DNA from: Candidatus Competibacteraceae bacterium | GTDB taxonomy: Bacteria; Pseudomonadota; Gammaproteobacteria; Competibacterales; Competibacteraceae | Direction: 5' to 3' | Length of the DNA stretch: 64,000 nucleotides | Assembly (NCBI GenBank): GCA_046347555.1 | Contig: JAXMFY010000008.1 | Location: 60,022 to 124,021 of the forward strand | In this document: piece by piece, positions 51,201 to 64,000 of the stretch | Position numbering within the stretch: position 1 is the first letter of the stretch | Layout of the letters: every line of letters starts with the position of its first letter | The notes under the pieces: generated by a model | What the model saw: only the letters and a program-made list of their open reading frames with translations | The model's database searches: none | Told to the model about the DNA's origin: nothing | Translations under genes and position numbers: made by a program

Positions 51201-53075
51201 TTAAAAATACATCCGCAGCCCAATTTCGAATTCCTCGATTCCTTCCCAATGGCGCCAATCGATCCCGAGCGATATGTCCCGGTTCAACGCCCAATTCTGC
51301 CGCAACACCGCTCGCACCGCCGTACCAGTTTCGCCCAGTCGATAGTCCAGCCAGCTTGCGCTGGCCAACACCTTCCAGCCCGCCGCCGGTTGCAGCAGCG
51401 CCCCGGCGGACAGCGCCAGCCCAGCTCGATAACCGGCGGTGAATTGATCGCTGGCGTCAAACTCCAGCCCCGGCAACGCGAACCAGACCGTTCGCCACGG
51501 CCAGCCGGTTTCGGCCGCCAGCCCCAATCCACCGCCGAGATTGAAGGCCATGCAGGTTGGGCAATCCGGCTGGGGAACCGCTTCCCAGCCCGCGTGAATC
51601 CGCCAGGCCGGGCGTGGCGTCAAGGCGTCGACCGGTGGTAACGAGGTGATATCGAGCAGCGTCAACCGGTCCAGTTTCAATCCCCCGAGCGCCGGGTAAT
51701 AACGCATGGCGACGTGCAACAACTCGATCTGGGCATTGGGGGTGTAACCGGCGTCCGGCTCCAGCAGATCGTGGGTGCTGGCCCGGGCGTTCAACTCCAC
51801 GAACGTCGCCCCGTCCCGTTGTCCGATTCCGACGCCCATCCGCCGCGAGGCGTGGCCGACTTCCGGGCGAGTGGCGTAGGGTTCGACCGCGACCGGCGCG
51901 GCGGCGACCGGCAACCGGGTGCGGGTGGTCAACCATCGATGCGCGATGGCGTCGGGTGGCGCAACCGTCCCCGCTGGCTTGGCCTTGTCCGCGCGCCGAT
52001 GCTGGCGCTCGTCCAGGGCCAGTTCCAGCAACAGCGCCTGCCGTTCCGGGGTCAGCCGGACGAAATCGGGCGCGTCGATCACCGCTGGATCGTTGCGCAA
52101 CCGCCGCGCCAGCCGCCGTTCGTCCACGGTCAGCGCTTCGTAGCGGCGGTTGATGGTCGTGCCGCGCGCCGGACGGGCGGTCACCTCGCCGATCAGCCCC
52201 GGTTGTCGGGCCAGCAGCCGGATCGTGTCGGCCGGCAGGGTCCAAAGCAGGTATTCATCGCTCAGCCGCAACTCCGGGTCGGCGACTTCCAGCAGCGTCA
52301 ACAACTGCCAGGCGCAATTCTCCCGGAAAAAGTAGTAATCGAACTCGATGCCGCGCAGTTCCCAGACGTGTTCCAACAAGCGTTGCAACTGGCTCTCGGA
52401 CAAATTCAGCCGGTATTCCCAAAGATCGCGGCTTTCCAAATCACTGTAGGCGCGCACCAGCTTGTAATAGGGCTGGACATCGAACTTGCCCTTGAAGCCG
52501 CCAGCGATGCCATCTAGCGCATACATCAGCGGGTTACTGCCGGTATCGTCGGCGGCGTAGTTGATGGCGTAGGCCAACAGTCGGGTTTGGTCGGTCTGGC
52601 CGCGTTGATCCAGCCGCAGCAGGGTATGGCCGAACAGCGAGGCGGGATTGTTGAGATAGGCGGAGGCGAACACCAGCGTCGCCGCTTCGACGTTCAGTGT
52701 GCGGAACCATTGCTGGAACCGCGCGCAGTCCTGCGGTCGCAGGCGACGGTCGTCGAAGTTCAACTCACCTTTCAGCCAGCGGTAGCGGGCGATGAAGGCG
52801 CACTGGGCCGGCTGCGGGTCGCCGCCCACTTGATCGGCGCTGAAGAAGGCGCGCAGAGTCGCGGCGAGTTCGGCGCGCGGATCGGTTTTACCGGCCGGGG
52901 CGAGGAAAAAACGGGGATCGTCGGCGTCGCTGACCACTCCCTCGCCACCGACCAGGGGTCGGTAATGCAGCAGCGTTTGCCACTCGCGCCGCGCGGCCAG
53001 ATCGACCGCCTCGGCCCGGTCCAGCAGTTCGGCAAGATAGCGAGCGTCGGCGCGGGCGTCCGCCGCGCCGATCAA
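51201..53075 (-). CDS. Large secreted/outer-membrane hypothetical protein (DUF4105-like, uncertain), >624 aa
   Basis: C-terminal aromatic-rich region ending in ...IGLRMYF (beta-barrel-like terminus). A signal-peptide-like stretch PRLTGVLLLGLLIGAADA sits in-frame upstream of the first ATG with no canonical start codon. Confidence 0.45.
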   Translation of the reverse strand: MIGAADARADARYLAELLDRAEAVDLAARREWQTLLHYRPLVGGEGVVSDADDPRFFLAPAGKTDPRAELAATLRAFFSADQVGGDPQPAQCAFIARYRWLKGELNFDDRRLRPQDCARFQQWFRTLNVEAATLVFASAYLNNPASLFGHTLLRLDQRGQTDQTRLLAYAINYAADDTGSNPLMYALDGIAGGFKGKFDVQPYYKLVRAYSDLESRDLWEYRLNLSESQLQRLLEHVWELRGIEFDYYFFRENCAWQLLTLLEVADPELRLSDEYLLWTLPADTIRLLARQPGLIGEVTARPARGTTINRRYEALTVDERRLARRLRNDPAVIDAPDFVRLTPERQALLLELALDERQHRRADKAKPAGTVAPPDAIAHRWLTTRTRLPVAAAPVAVEPYATRPEVGHASRRMGVGIGQRDGATFVELNARASTHDLLEPDAGYTPNAQIELLHVAMRYYPALGGLKLDRLTLLDITSLPPVDALTPRPAWRIHAGWEAVPQPDCPTCMAFNLGGGLGLAAETGWPWRTVWFALPGLEFDASDQFTAGYRAGLALSAGALLQPAAGWKVLASASWLDYRLGETGTAVRAVLRQNWALNRDISLGIDWRHWEGIEEFEIGLRMYF

Positions 53076-53193
53076 CAGACCGAGCAGCAGGACGCCCGTC
53101 AGGCGTGGGAGAGGAACGATGGACGGTTCAGAGCCTATACGAAAATTAACACTATGAATTGCTTTGGAAAACCATCAAAGATTTCCCGACGGA

Positions 53194-53287
53194 TCCCCTC
53201 TCCCTTTGGGAGAGGGTTAGGGTGAGGGAACGAACCCATTGAAAATAAACCCTCACCCCCCGCCCCTCTCCCAAAGGACGAGGGGAG
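53194..53287. repeat. Composite intergenic inverted-repeat element (same family)
   Basis: CCCCTCTCCCTTTGGGAGAGGGTTAGGGTGAGGG ... CCCTCACCCCCCGCCCCTCTCCCAAAGGACGAGGGGAG. Confidence 0.55.
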
Positions 53288-53302
53288 TTTTGGTATAGGC
53301 TC

Positions 53303-53701
53303 TCAGTTCAAGGTCAGCCGCTGGCCAAACCGGGGATCGGCCCGCAGTTCTCGCTCCAGCGTCGTCAGCATTTCGGCGGCGGTGGTCTGGTCGGTCGGGA
53401 ACAGCACGGCGAACTTGTCCTGGGTGAAGGCGAAAAACGCCGGCTGGCGGCCGGGTTCGATGTTCAACAAGGTCGCCAGCGAACCAAGGTATTCGCCCTG
53501 GCCGGCCGCCATGTCGTTTCGCAGTCGCTCCAGATTGACCTTGGCGAACTCGGCGGTCTGCTGCTGGCGATTCATGAACGCGGCGCTGCTCGAACCGCCG
53601 GTGGTGGCGCTGGAGCCGGAACTGGGATCGGTGACCACGGTGCAGGCGCCGATTCCCAAGCCCAGTGCAGCGGTTAAGGCAACATTCAGCCATAATTTCA
53701 T
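53303..53701 (-). CDS. DUF3015-like lipoprotein (132 aa)
   Basis: Signal peptide with lipobox LGIGAC, then a Ser/Gly-rich linker. Confidence 0.5.
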   Translation of the reverse strand: MKLWLNVALTAALGLGIGACTVVTDPSSGSSATTGGSSSAAFMNRQQQTAEFAKVNLERLRNDMAAGQGEYLGSLATLLNIEPGRQPAFFAFTQDKFAVLFPTDQTTAAEMLTTLERELRADPRFGQRLTLN

Positions 53702-53783
53702 AATTCACTCCTCATCAAGCGGCCCAACCTATTTGGGCGCGAATCAAGGTTCAAGGCCGAAGGTTATCAAGGTTACCACTCTC

Positions 53784-54932
53784 ATGAAAAGCCACTTGTC
53801 GCTGATCCTGCTGTCCACCCTGCAATGCAACGCCGACTGCGAGTACTGCTTCGAGATCAAGACGGCTGATCGGCTGACGCTCGACCGTCTGGGCGAGATG
53901 ATCCGCAAGGTGCTGGATTACATGGTGGAAAAATCGTTGACCTCGCTGACCATCTACTGGCAGGGCGGCGAGGCGATGCTGTTGCCGCCAAGCTGGTACG
54001 AGCAGGCCAACGAATTGATCCAGCGCGAGGCCGAGGCGCGCGGCAAGGAGGTCTTCCACAGCCTGCAAAGCAACATGCTGGCCTATAGCCCCCGCTGGAA
54101 CAAGGTCGTGGCCGAAATGTTCGGCAACTCCATCGGCACCTCGCTGGACTATCCCAACCTGCACCGCAAATTGCTGGGGCAGACGCCGGACAGCTACAAC
54201 GAAATCTGGGCCCGGCGGGTACGGGAAGCGCGGGCGGCCGGCATCGAGGTGCAGGTCATCGCCGTCCCCAACCAGGCCACGCTGGAGATCGGCGCTGAAC
54301 GGTTTTACACCTACTTCGCGGAGGAACTTGGCATCACCGAGTTTCAGGTCAACACCCCTTTTCCGGGGGGCGAGGCGACCGCCGCCAAGCAGGAATTGCC
54401 GGTGGCGGAAGTGGAAAAACTCAGCCGCTTCTACGCCGATCTGGCCGAGGTTTGGCTGGAGCGCGGCCATGGCCACGGGGTGCGGGTCGGCCCCTTCGAC
54501 GCCCTGCTCCGGCATTTCAGCCACGAGCCGACCACCCTGCCCTGCATCTGGGGCGATAACTGCGCCAGCGCCCTGGTTTCAATCGACGCCCGAGGTTACG
54601 TGGCCCAGTGCGATTGCTGGGTCACCAGCTACCCCGATTACCACTACGGCAACATCTTCGAGTGCGACAGCCTCGGGGACTTGCTGAAAAACAGCCCGGC
54701 GCGGAAAAAGTTCAACGAGCGACCCATTCAGCTCATCCAGCGCGACTGCCTGAGTTGCGACTATCTGTCGCTATGCCATGGCGGCTGTCCAGTGCGGACC
54801 TATACTGTGCACGGCACGCTGTTCGAGAAAGACCCCAATTGTGAACTTTACAAGACCGTGTTTGGACGGATGGAGCGGGCAGCGCGGGAACTGGCGCGCG
54901 CGGCGGTCACGGCGCGCGGCTTGGCCGCCTGA
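53784..54932 (+). CDS. Radical SAM / SPASM-domain peptide-modifying enzyme (383 aa)
   Basis: N-terminal CxxxCxxC (CNADCEYC) radical-SAM cluster motif. C-terminal Cys-rich SPASM region (CIWGDNC...CDCW...CLSCDYLSLCHGGCP). The listed 516-aa ORF is trimmed to Met MKSHL at 53784. Confidence 0.8.
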   Translation: MKSHLSLILLSTLQCNADCEYCFEIKTADRLTLDRLGEMIRKVLDYMVEKSLTSLTIYWQGGEAMLLPPSWYEQANELIQREAEARGKEVFHSLQSNMLAYSPRWNKVVAEMFGNSIGTSLDYPNLHRKLLGQTPDSYNEIWARRVREARAAGIEVQVIAVPNQATLEIGAERFYTYFAEELGITEFQVNTPFPGGEATAAKQELPVAEVEKLSRFYADLAEVWLERGHGHGVRVGPFDALLRHFSHEPTTLPCIWGDNCASALVSIDARGYVAQCDCWVTSYPDYHYGNIFECDSLGDLLKNSPARKKFNERPIQLIQRDCLSCDYLSLCHGGCPVRTYTVHGTLFEKDPNCELYKTVFGRMERAARELARAAVTARGLAA

Positions 54933-55082
54933 GTAACCCCGACCGCCCGGTCTTCCGAAAATATTCCACGTGGAATAAAACGCCAGGATGAGGACTGTCA
55001 GTCCGCGGCCCCGAAATATGTGCGAATGGCCACGTGACCTGTTCCTGGATCGATCCAGAGATGAAAGTAGCGGAGAATCGAA

Positions 55083-55604
55083 ATGACAGACCAAGATAGC
55101 GAACAGCTCCATGACATGACGCCCGGCCCCCTTGAAGAGGAATCAACCCAGGAAGAGCGCCGAGAGTTTCTACGTAGCCTGGGCAAGTGGTCGCAGGCGG
55201 TGATCGGTGGGGTGGTGGTGGGTGGCGCCCTGACCACGCCCAACCCCGCCGAGGCATGGTACAACGGGGGGGGTGGCATGGTTGTCCCCCCTGGAGAGCG
55301 TGATTGGTACTATCGAGGTGGCGGCTGGGGCAACCGGGGTGGTGGTTGGGTCAACCGGGGCGGCAGTTGGGGCAACCGGGGTGGTGGTTGGGTCAACCGG
55401 GGCGGTGGTTGGGTCAACCGGGGTGGTGGTTGGGCCAACCGGGGCGGCGGGTGGTACAACCGGGGTGGCTGGGGTAACCGGGGTGGCGGGTGGTATAACC
55501 GGGGTGGCTGGGGTAACCGGGGTGGCGGGTGGTATAACCGGGGCGGTGGTTGGCATAACCACGGCGGCGGGTGGTGGAACCGGGGTGGCTGGGGTAACAA
55601 ATAA
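55083..55604 (+). CDS. Tat-signal precursor peptide with ~15 tandem G-G-G-W-x-N-(R/H/K)-G-G repeats. Candidate RiPP substrate of the adjacent rSAM/SPASM enzyme.
   Basis: Twin-arginine motif ERREFLRSLG with hydrophobic segment and AEA cleavage site. The rest is almost pure W-x-N-R plus Gly. The 27-bp DNA unit repeats tandemly, producing mirror ORFs on all other frames. Confidence 0.65.
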   Translation: MTDQDSEQLHDMTPGPLEEESTQEERREFLRSLGKWSQAVIGGVVVGGALTTPNPAEAWYNGGGGMVVPPGERDWYYRGGGWGNRGGGWVNRGGSWGNRGGGWVNRGGGWVNRGGGWANRGGGWYNRGGWGNRGGGWYNRGGWGNRGGGWYNRGGGWHNHGGGWWNRGGWGNK

Positions 55605-55765
55605 GCAAAGCCAGGGCTCCTTGACCGGGCGGGTTTCGCTCGGGCTTGTAAGAAAATTCAATCCTCCAAGTAAAAAGCCTCTCTCCCACGCGGGAGAGAG
55701 GCAAAGGGGTGGGAGTCATTTTCCCACCGACCTGCCATACCAGGGTATGGCAGGACCATCAACGC

Positions 55766-56914
55766 TCAATGCGCCGGCAGGTCGATGCGCACCGTGTCGC
55801 GCAGCACGCCATCCAGGCCGCCGAACACGGTCAGCCGCTCGACCTTATCCACCACCTTCTCCAGCGCCTCCAGTTCCTTGAGCCGCAGCAGCAGGGGGTT
55901 CTCTTCCATGAGCTTCGCCGTGTTGAGCAGCGAGCGGGTGGCGGCGGTTTCCTCCCGCCGACGGATGACGTTGGCCTGTGCCACCTTTTCCGCCTGCACC
56001 ACCTGGTTGAGAATGTCCTTCATCTCGCCCGGCAGGATCACGTCCTTCAAACCGACCGTTTCCACCTCCAGTCCGTGCGGGCGAACCTTCTCGACCGCGT
56101 AATCCCACACCGCCCGATCCAGTTCGTCCTTGTCGCCGAGCAGCACGTCCAGCGTGCGGGTGCCGATGGTCTGGCGCAGACCGAACTGCAAGGTCCGGTA
56201 CAGGTAGTCGCCGCTGTTGCCCAGTTCGGCGCGAGCCTTCACCGGATCGGTGATCCGGTAGACCGCCGACAGATTCACCCGCAGGCTGACCTTGTCCTTG
56301 GTCAGGATTTCCTGGCCGGAAACCTCCAAGGTCTGCAAGCGCAAGTCCACCGACTCTACCTTGACCGCACGGTTGAACCGCCAGAAAGCGTGCAGGCCAG
56401 GCGGCAGGGTGCGCGCCAATTCGCCGTCCACCAGCAACAGGCCGACATGGTTATCTTCCACCTCGGCGACTTGAATGAAGCCGGCCAGATTCTTGGCCAA
56501 GGCCGCCGACGGCCGCGCCAGCAGAGCCGCGTGCGCCCGCGACAGGGCGTAATCGGTGGCGATGTCGATCAACTCGACCCGCACCTCCACCGGACCCCGC
56601 CAGTAGACCCGACGGGTCGCGGGCGGCAACACGCCATCCAGACGACCGTTCTTGTGGATCAGGCCAACTTGCCGGTCGCCGGTCTCGACCACCTGAAAAT
56701 GGCGCTCGATCAGTCCCGCGTCGGCCTTCAACAGCACGTCCAGCCAGGGGTGATCGAACTCGGCCACGGTCAGGTCGTAACGCTGCACCTCGTGGCGGTT
56801 CAGGGGATCGAGCCAACGGTAAATACCCGGTTCCAGAATGGCCGCCAAACGGCGGTCGTACAGGTGGAGCCCACGCTCGTTCTGGGCGATCACGATTCGC
56901 TTGTAACCCAACAT
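55766..56914 (-). CDS. SPFH/band-7 (stomatin/flotillin-like) domain protein
   Basis: GGAGA RBS before MLGYKR. SPFH core plus a C-terminal coiled coil. Confidence 0.7.
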   Translation of the reverse strand: MLGYKRIVIAQNERGLHLYDRRLAAILEPGIYRWLDPLNRHEVQRYDLTVAEFDHPWLDVLLKADAGLIERHFQVVETGDRQVGLIHKNGRLDGVLPPATRRVYWRGPVEVRVELIDIATDYALSRAHAALLARPSAALAKNLAGFIQVAEVEDNHVGLLLVDGELARTLPPGLHAFWRFNRAVKVESVDLRLQTLEVSGQEILTKDKVSLRVNLSAVYRITDPVKARAELGNSGDYLYRTLQFGLRQTIGTRTLDVLLGDKDELDRAVWDYAVEKVRPHGLEVETVGLKDVILPGEMKDILNQVVQAEKVAQANVIRRREETAATRSLLNTAKLMEENPLLLRLKELEALEKVVDKVERLTVFGGLDGVLRDTVRIDLPAH

Positions 56915-57360
56915 CTTGGTTCTCCTTGTGAAGTTGTTTGCAGTCTTCCTGTTCCGCCGCAATTCGGCGGGCGAGCGTGGCGTGTTGCTGGTCGGCGCCG
57001 TTTCCGGCCCGCCACCGCCGAGCGTCAGGATGTCATCGAGACCTGCTCCTGCCGGTTGGTTGATGAAAGGGTTGAATGGGTTGGGAGCGCACCCCACGCC
57101 CGCGCAGCGGACGACGGGTTGAGGCCGGATCGATGACCAGCGGGCCGCGCGCGGCGGCCGGCATCCTTGCCGACCAACACCGCGCGCGGCTGGCCGATCA
57201 TGACTTCAGCCCGATTCCCCGCCGTGCGAAACCGCGCGGGCGTTGCGGGTCGGGTCACGACGATGCCGAAACATCGCCATGGCTATCGCCCGCCGGGGTG
57301 GCTCCCTGGGGTACTGCACTTAGAGCGGAGTCGAACCGCAGGCCTGTTAGGGCCTTACCA

Positions 57361-57436
57361 TGGTGGAAAAGGAGGGAGTTGAACCCTCGACCGTCTGATG
57401 ATGAGTCAGATGCTCTACCCATTGAGCTACTTTTCA
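57361..57436 (-). tRNA. tRNA-Met (anticodon CAT)-like gene, 76 nt with encoded CCA. Position 1:72 is a U-C mismatch.
   Basis: Minus strand: TGAAAAG-TA-GCTC-AATGGGTA-GAGC-A-TCTGA-CTCATCA-TCAGA-CGGTC-GAGGG-TTCAACT-CCCTC-CTTTTCC-A-CCA. Clean cloverleaf except the first acceptor pair. Confidence 0.5.
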
Positions 57437-57590
57437 GGCTCCAAAGACCTCTCATCCGCCCGATACACGCCGTGCGATGGTTAGCATTGGCGCGTCAGTC
57501 CGGTATCCAGAACCGGAACCGCTGTGCGGTGACAGGGTTACTTCGGATCGTGCCGACGGGGATTTGCAAATCTTTCCGCCGGACGCCAGA

Positions 57591-57627
57591 CCACAAAAAA
57601 CCCCGGAAGGCTCACCGCCGACCGGGG
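57591..57627 (-). terminator. Rho-independent terminator downstream of the hybrid kinase gene
   Basis: Minus strand CCCCGG-(15-nt loop)-CCGGGG followed by TTTTTTTG. Confidence 0.45.
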
Positions 57628-57882
57628 TTCGGTATTCCCGCTCGGAAGGTCGCCTCGCGCGGACCTTCCAAGCCTGTATGCTCGTCAGGTCCGCATCGAA
57701 TCCATCGTGGGCGCGCAGGGGCGCGCTGCCGGCGCAAGCCGGTCGACAATGGATGAAAGGTTGAATGTATGCTGGTTTCTATTCATGGGGCGCGCAGTAT
57801 AAACCGGAAAAAGAGCGAGTCAACCCTTGTTTCAAAGGATGTACAAAAATGCCCCCAAGAACGCCCAGCCCTGGGCAATTGC

Positions 57883-62793
<4,911 letters not shown>

Positions 62794-63132
62794 GACGCAC
62801 CTGCCTAAATTTGAAAAATTTAATTTATGGATATCCTCGACTTTGACCTGTTCGGGCGGTACCCCCTATCCTCGACTCGATCCGCCCCAAGCTCTCGCCT
62901 TCCCCCTTTCGTCACAGGGGATTTGGTTAGATTACTCGTTTCCCACCCGCGTGGGAACGACGAAAGTTACATCCACACCCCCACACCAGCCCTCCTCCAC
63001 ACGGGGGGAGGAAACCTTACGAAACAGTCCGTTGTTAAACTCCCCTCCCCTCGCGGGAGTGGCGCGGTCGTTCCGCGAGCGGGGGGCGTGAGCCCCCTGT
63101 TTCCCGGAACGCGGCCAGGCGTCGGCGATGTC

Positions 63133-63246
63133 GGCGAGCGCGGAAACAGCGGACTCACGTCCGCCGCTCGCCAGTGATTCAACTATGTTGCCCTCGACGG
63201 CGGCATCGGTACGGAAACAGCGGACTCACGTCCGCCGCTCGCCAGC
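63133..63246. promoter_or_regulatory. Two copies of a 36-bp direct repeat (CGGAAACAGCGGACTCACGTCCGCCGCTCGCCAG) spaced ~74 bp apart, upstream of the response-regulator gene. Candidate regulator binding sites.
   Basis: Exact repeats at 63133-63172 and 63207-63246 in the divergent kinase/regulator intergenic region. Confidence 0.4.
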
Positions 63247-63335
63247 GATCGCGTTCGTCAAAAAGCCATCCCCCTTGAGACGAACGGTATAAGCTGTCAA
63301 TCACTCATCAACGCCGTATTCGCCGGATCGAGACC

Positions 63336-64000
63336 CATGCCCACCATTTTGGTCGTTGACGACGATCCTCACATCCGTGAGGTGATCTGTTTCGCCCTGA
63401 GGAAAGACGGTTTCGCCACCGTGGAAGCCGAGAACGGCGAACAGGCGCTGGCGCGATTCCAGGAAACGCGCCCGGATTTGGTGGTGCTGGATATCGTCAT
63501 GCCGGAATTGGACGGCACTGAGGTGTGCAAGGCGTTGCGGCGAGTCAGCGCCGTCCCCATCGTGTTCCTGTCGTCGCGCGACGACGAAGTGGATCGTATT
63601 CTCGGCCTGGAACTGGGCGGCGACGATTACGTGACCAAGCCGTTCAGTCCCCGCGAACTGACCGCGCGGGTACGGGCGATTCTGCGGCGCGGCAAGGGCG
63701 AAACGCGCGAATCCAAGGTTCCGGGCGAACATTGGCTCGAACACGGCCGGCTGCGGCTGGACCTAGATCGCTACGCCGCCTTCTGGCAGGGCCAGGAGAT
63801 GATCCTGACCCTGACCGAGTTCGGTATCCTGCGCACGCTGATGAGTCATCCCGGCAAGGTGTTCAACCGCGACCAGTTGATGGACGGCAGCTATCAGGAC
63901 TACCGCGTGGTCAGCGACCGCACCATCGACAGCCACGTGCGCCGAGTGCGCGCCAAGTTCAAGGCTCTGGGCGCGGACCCCATCGAAACCCTGCACGGCA
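63336..64000 (+). CDS. OmpR/PhoB-family response regulator. C-terminus runs off the window edge.
   Basis: MPTILVVDDDPHIREV...LVVLDIVMPELDG receiver, then a winged-helix trans_reg_C region (LTLTEFGILRTLMSHPGKVFNRDQLMD). Confidence 0.8.

Noticed and set aside
55170-55881. Pro-rich (PRLYHPPPRLPQPP...) and Val/Thr/Gly-rich ORFs overlapping the precursor gene on other frames
   Set aside because: Frame-shifted or antisense readings of the 27-bp GGGWxNRGG tandem array. Only the Tat-signal frame has a credible start, RBS context and partner enzyme.
57290-57640. tmRNA (one- or two-piece) around the tRNA-like sequences
   Set aside because: No ANDENYALAA-like tag reading frame and no resume-codon context. 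Only T-arm-like similarity.

Overview
High-GC (~65%) proteobacterial chromosomal segment, mostly intact genes, no transposase or integrase. Left to right: (1) a sulfur-acquisition block: partial NitT/TauT-type ABC ATPase plus binding protein on the minus strand, divergent from sbp-cysTWA and a cysB-like LysR regulator. (2) A degenerate-EAL/serine-hydrolase fusion, a TPR/GT41 O-GlcNAc-transferase-like protein, GNAT, DUF808 and an AlaC-type aminotransferase. (3) A complete bufferin-type RiPP operon (DUF2282 precursor, DUF692/MNIO, DUF2063, DoxX), followed by a protoglobin-like protein, a secreted EF-hand protein, and a GAF-PAS sigma54 enhancer-binding protein whose downstream neighbour has a near-perfect sigma54 promoter. 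(4) An SDR / frameshifted cyclase / GMC oxidoreductase group. (5) A glycogen-debranching (GH133) gene carrying two in-frame palindromic repeat insertions, convergent with a GH57 gene. (6) A leuC-leuD-cimA-leuB cluster using a Geobacter-type citramalate synthase. (7) A split membrane/spermidine-synthase-like pair, a 1385-aa SNF2 helicase and an SDR. (8) A two-gene NTPase operon (PF01637-like ATPase plus ~990-aa STAND NTPase with wHTH and TPR) facing a PD-(D/E)XK-fold protein across an intergenic region full of 31-bp tandem repeats. (9) A threonine aldolase and an RCK-gated K+ channel. (10) The most striking locus: a radical-SAM/SPASM enzyme next to a Tat-signal precursor made of about 15 tandem G-G-G-W-x-N-R-G-G repeats, a candidate cyclophane/GRRM-type RiPP system. 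(11) An SPFH protein, a tRNA-Met(CAT)-like gene with a tRNA-like fragment beside it, a 1636-aa CheR-PAS-hybrid histidine kinase and a partial OmpR-family regulator. A family of short C5-loop-G5 palindromic repeat elements is scattered through intergenic regions and, unusually, occurs in-frame inside one CDS. Many long antisense ORFs in the supplied track are GC-rich mirror artefacts and were ignored.
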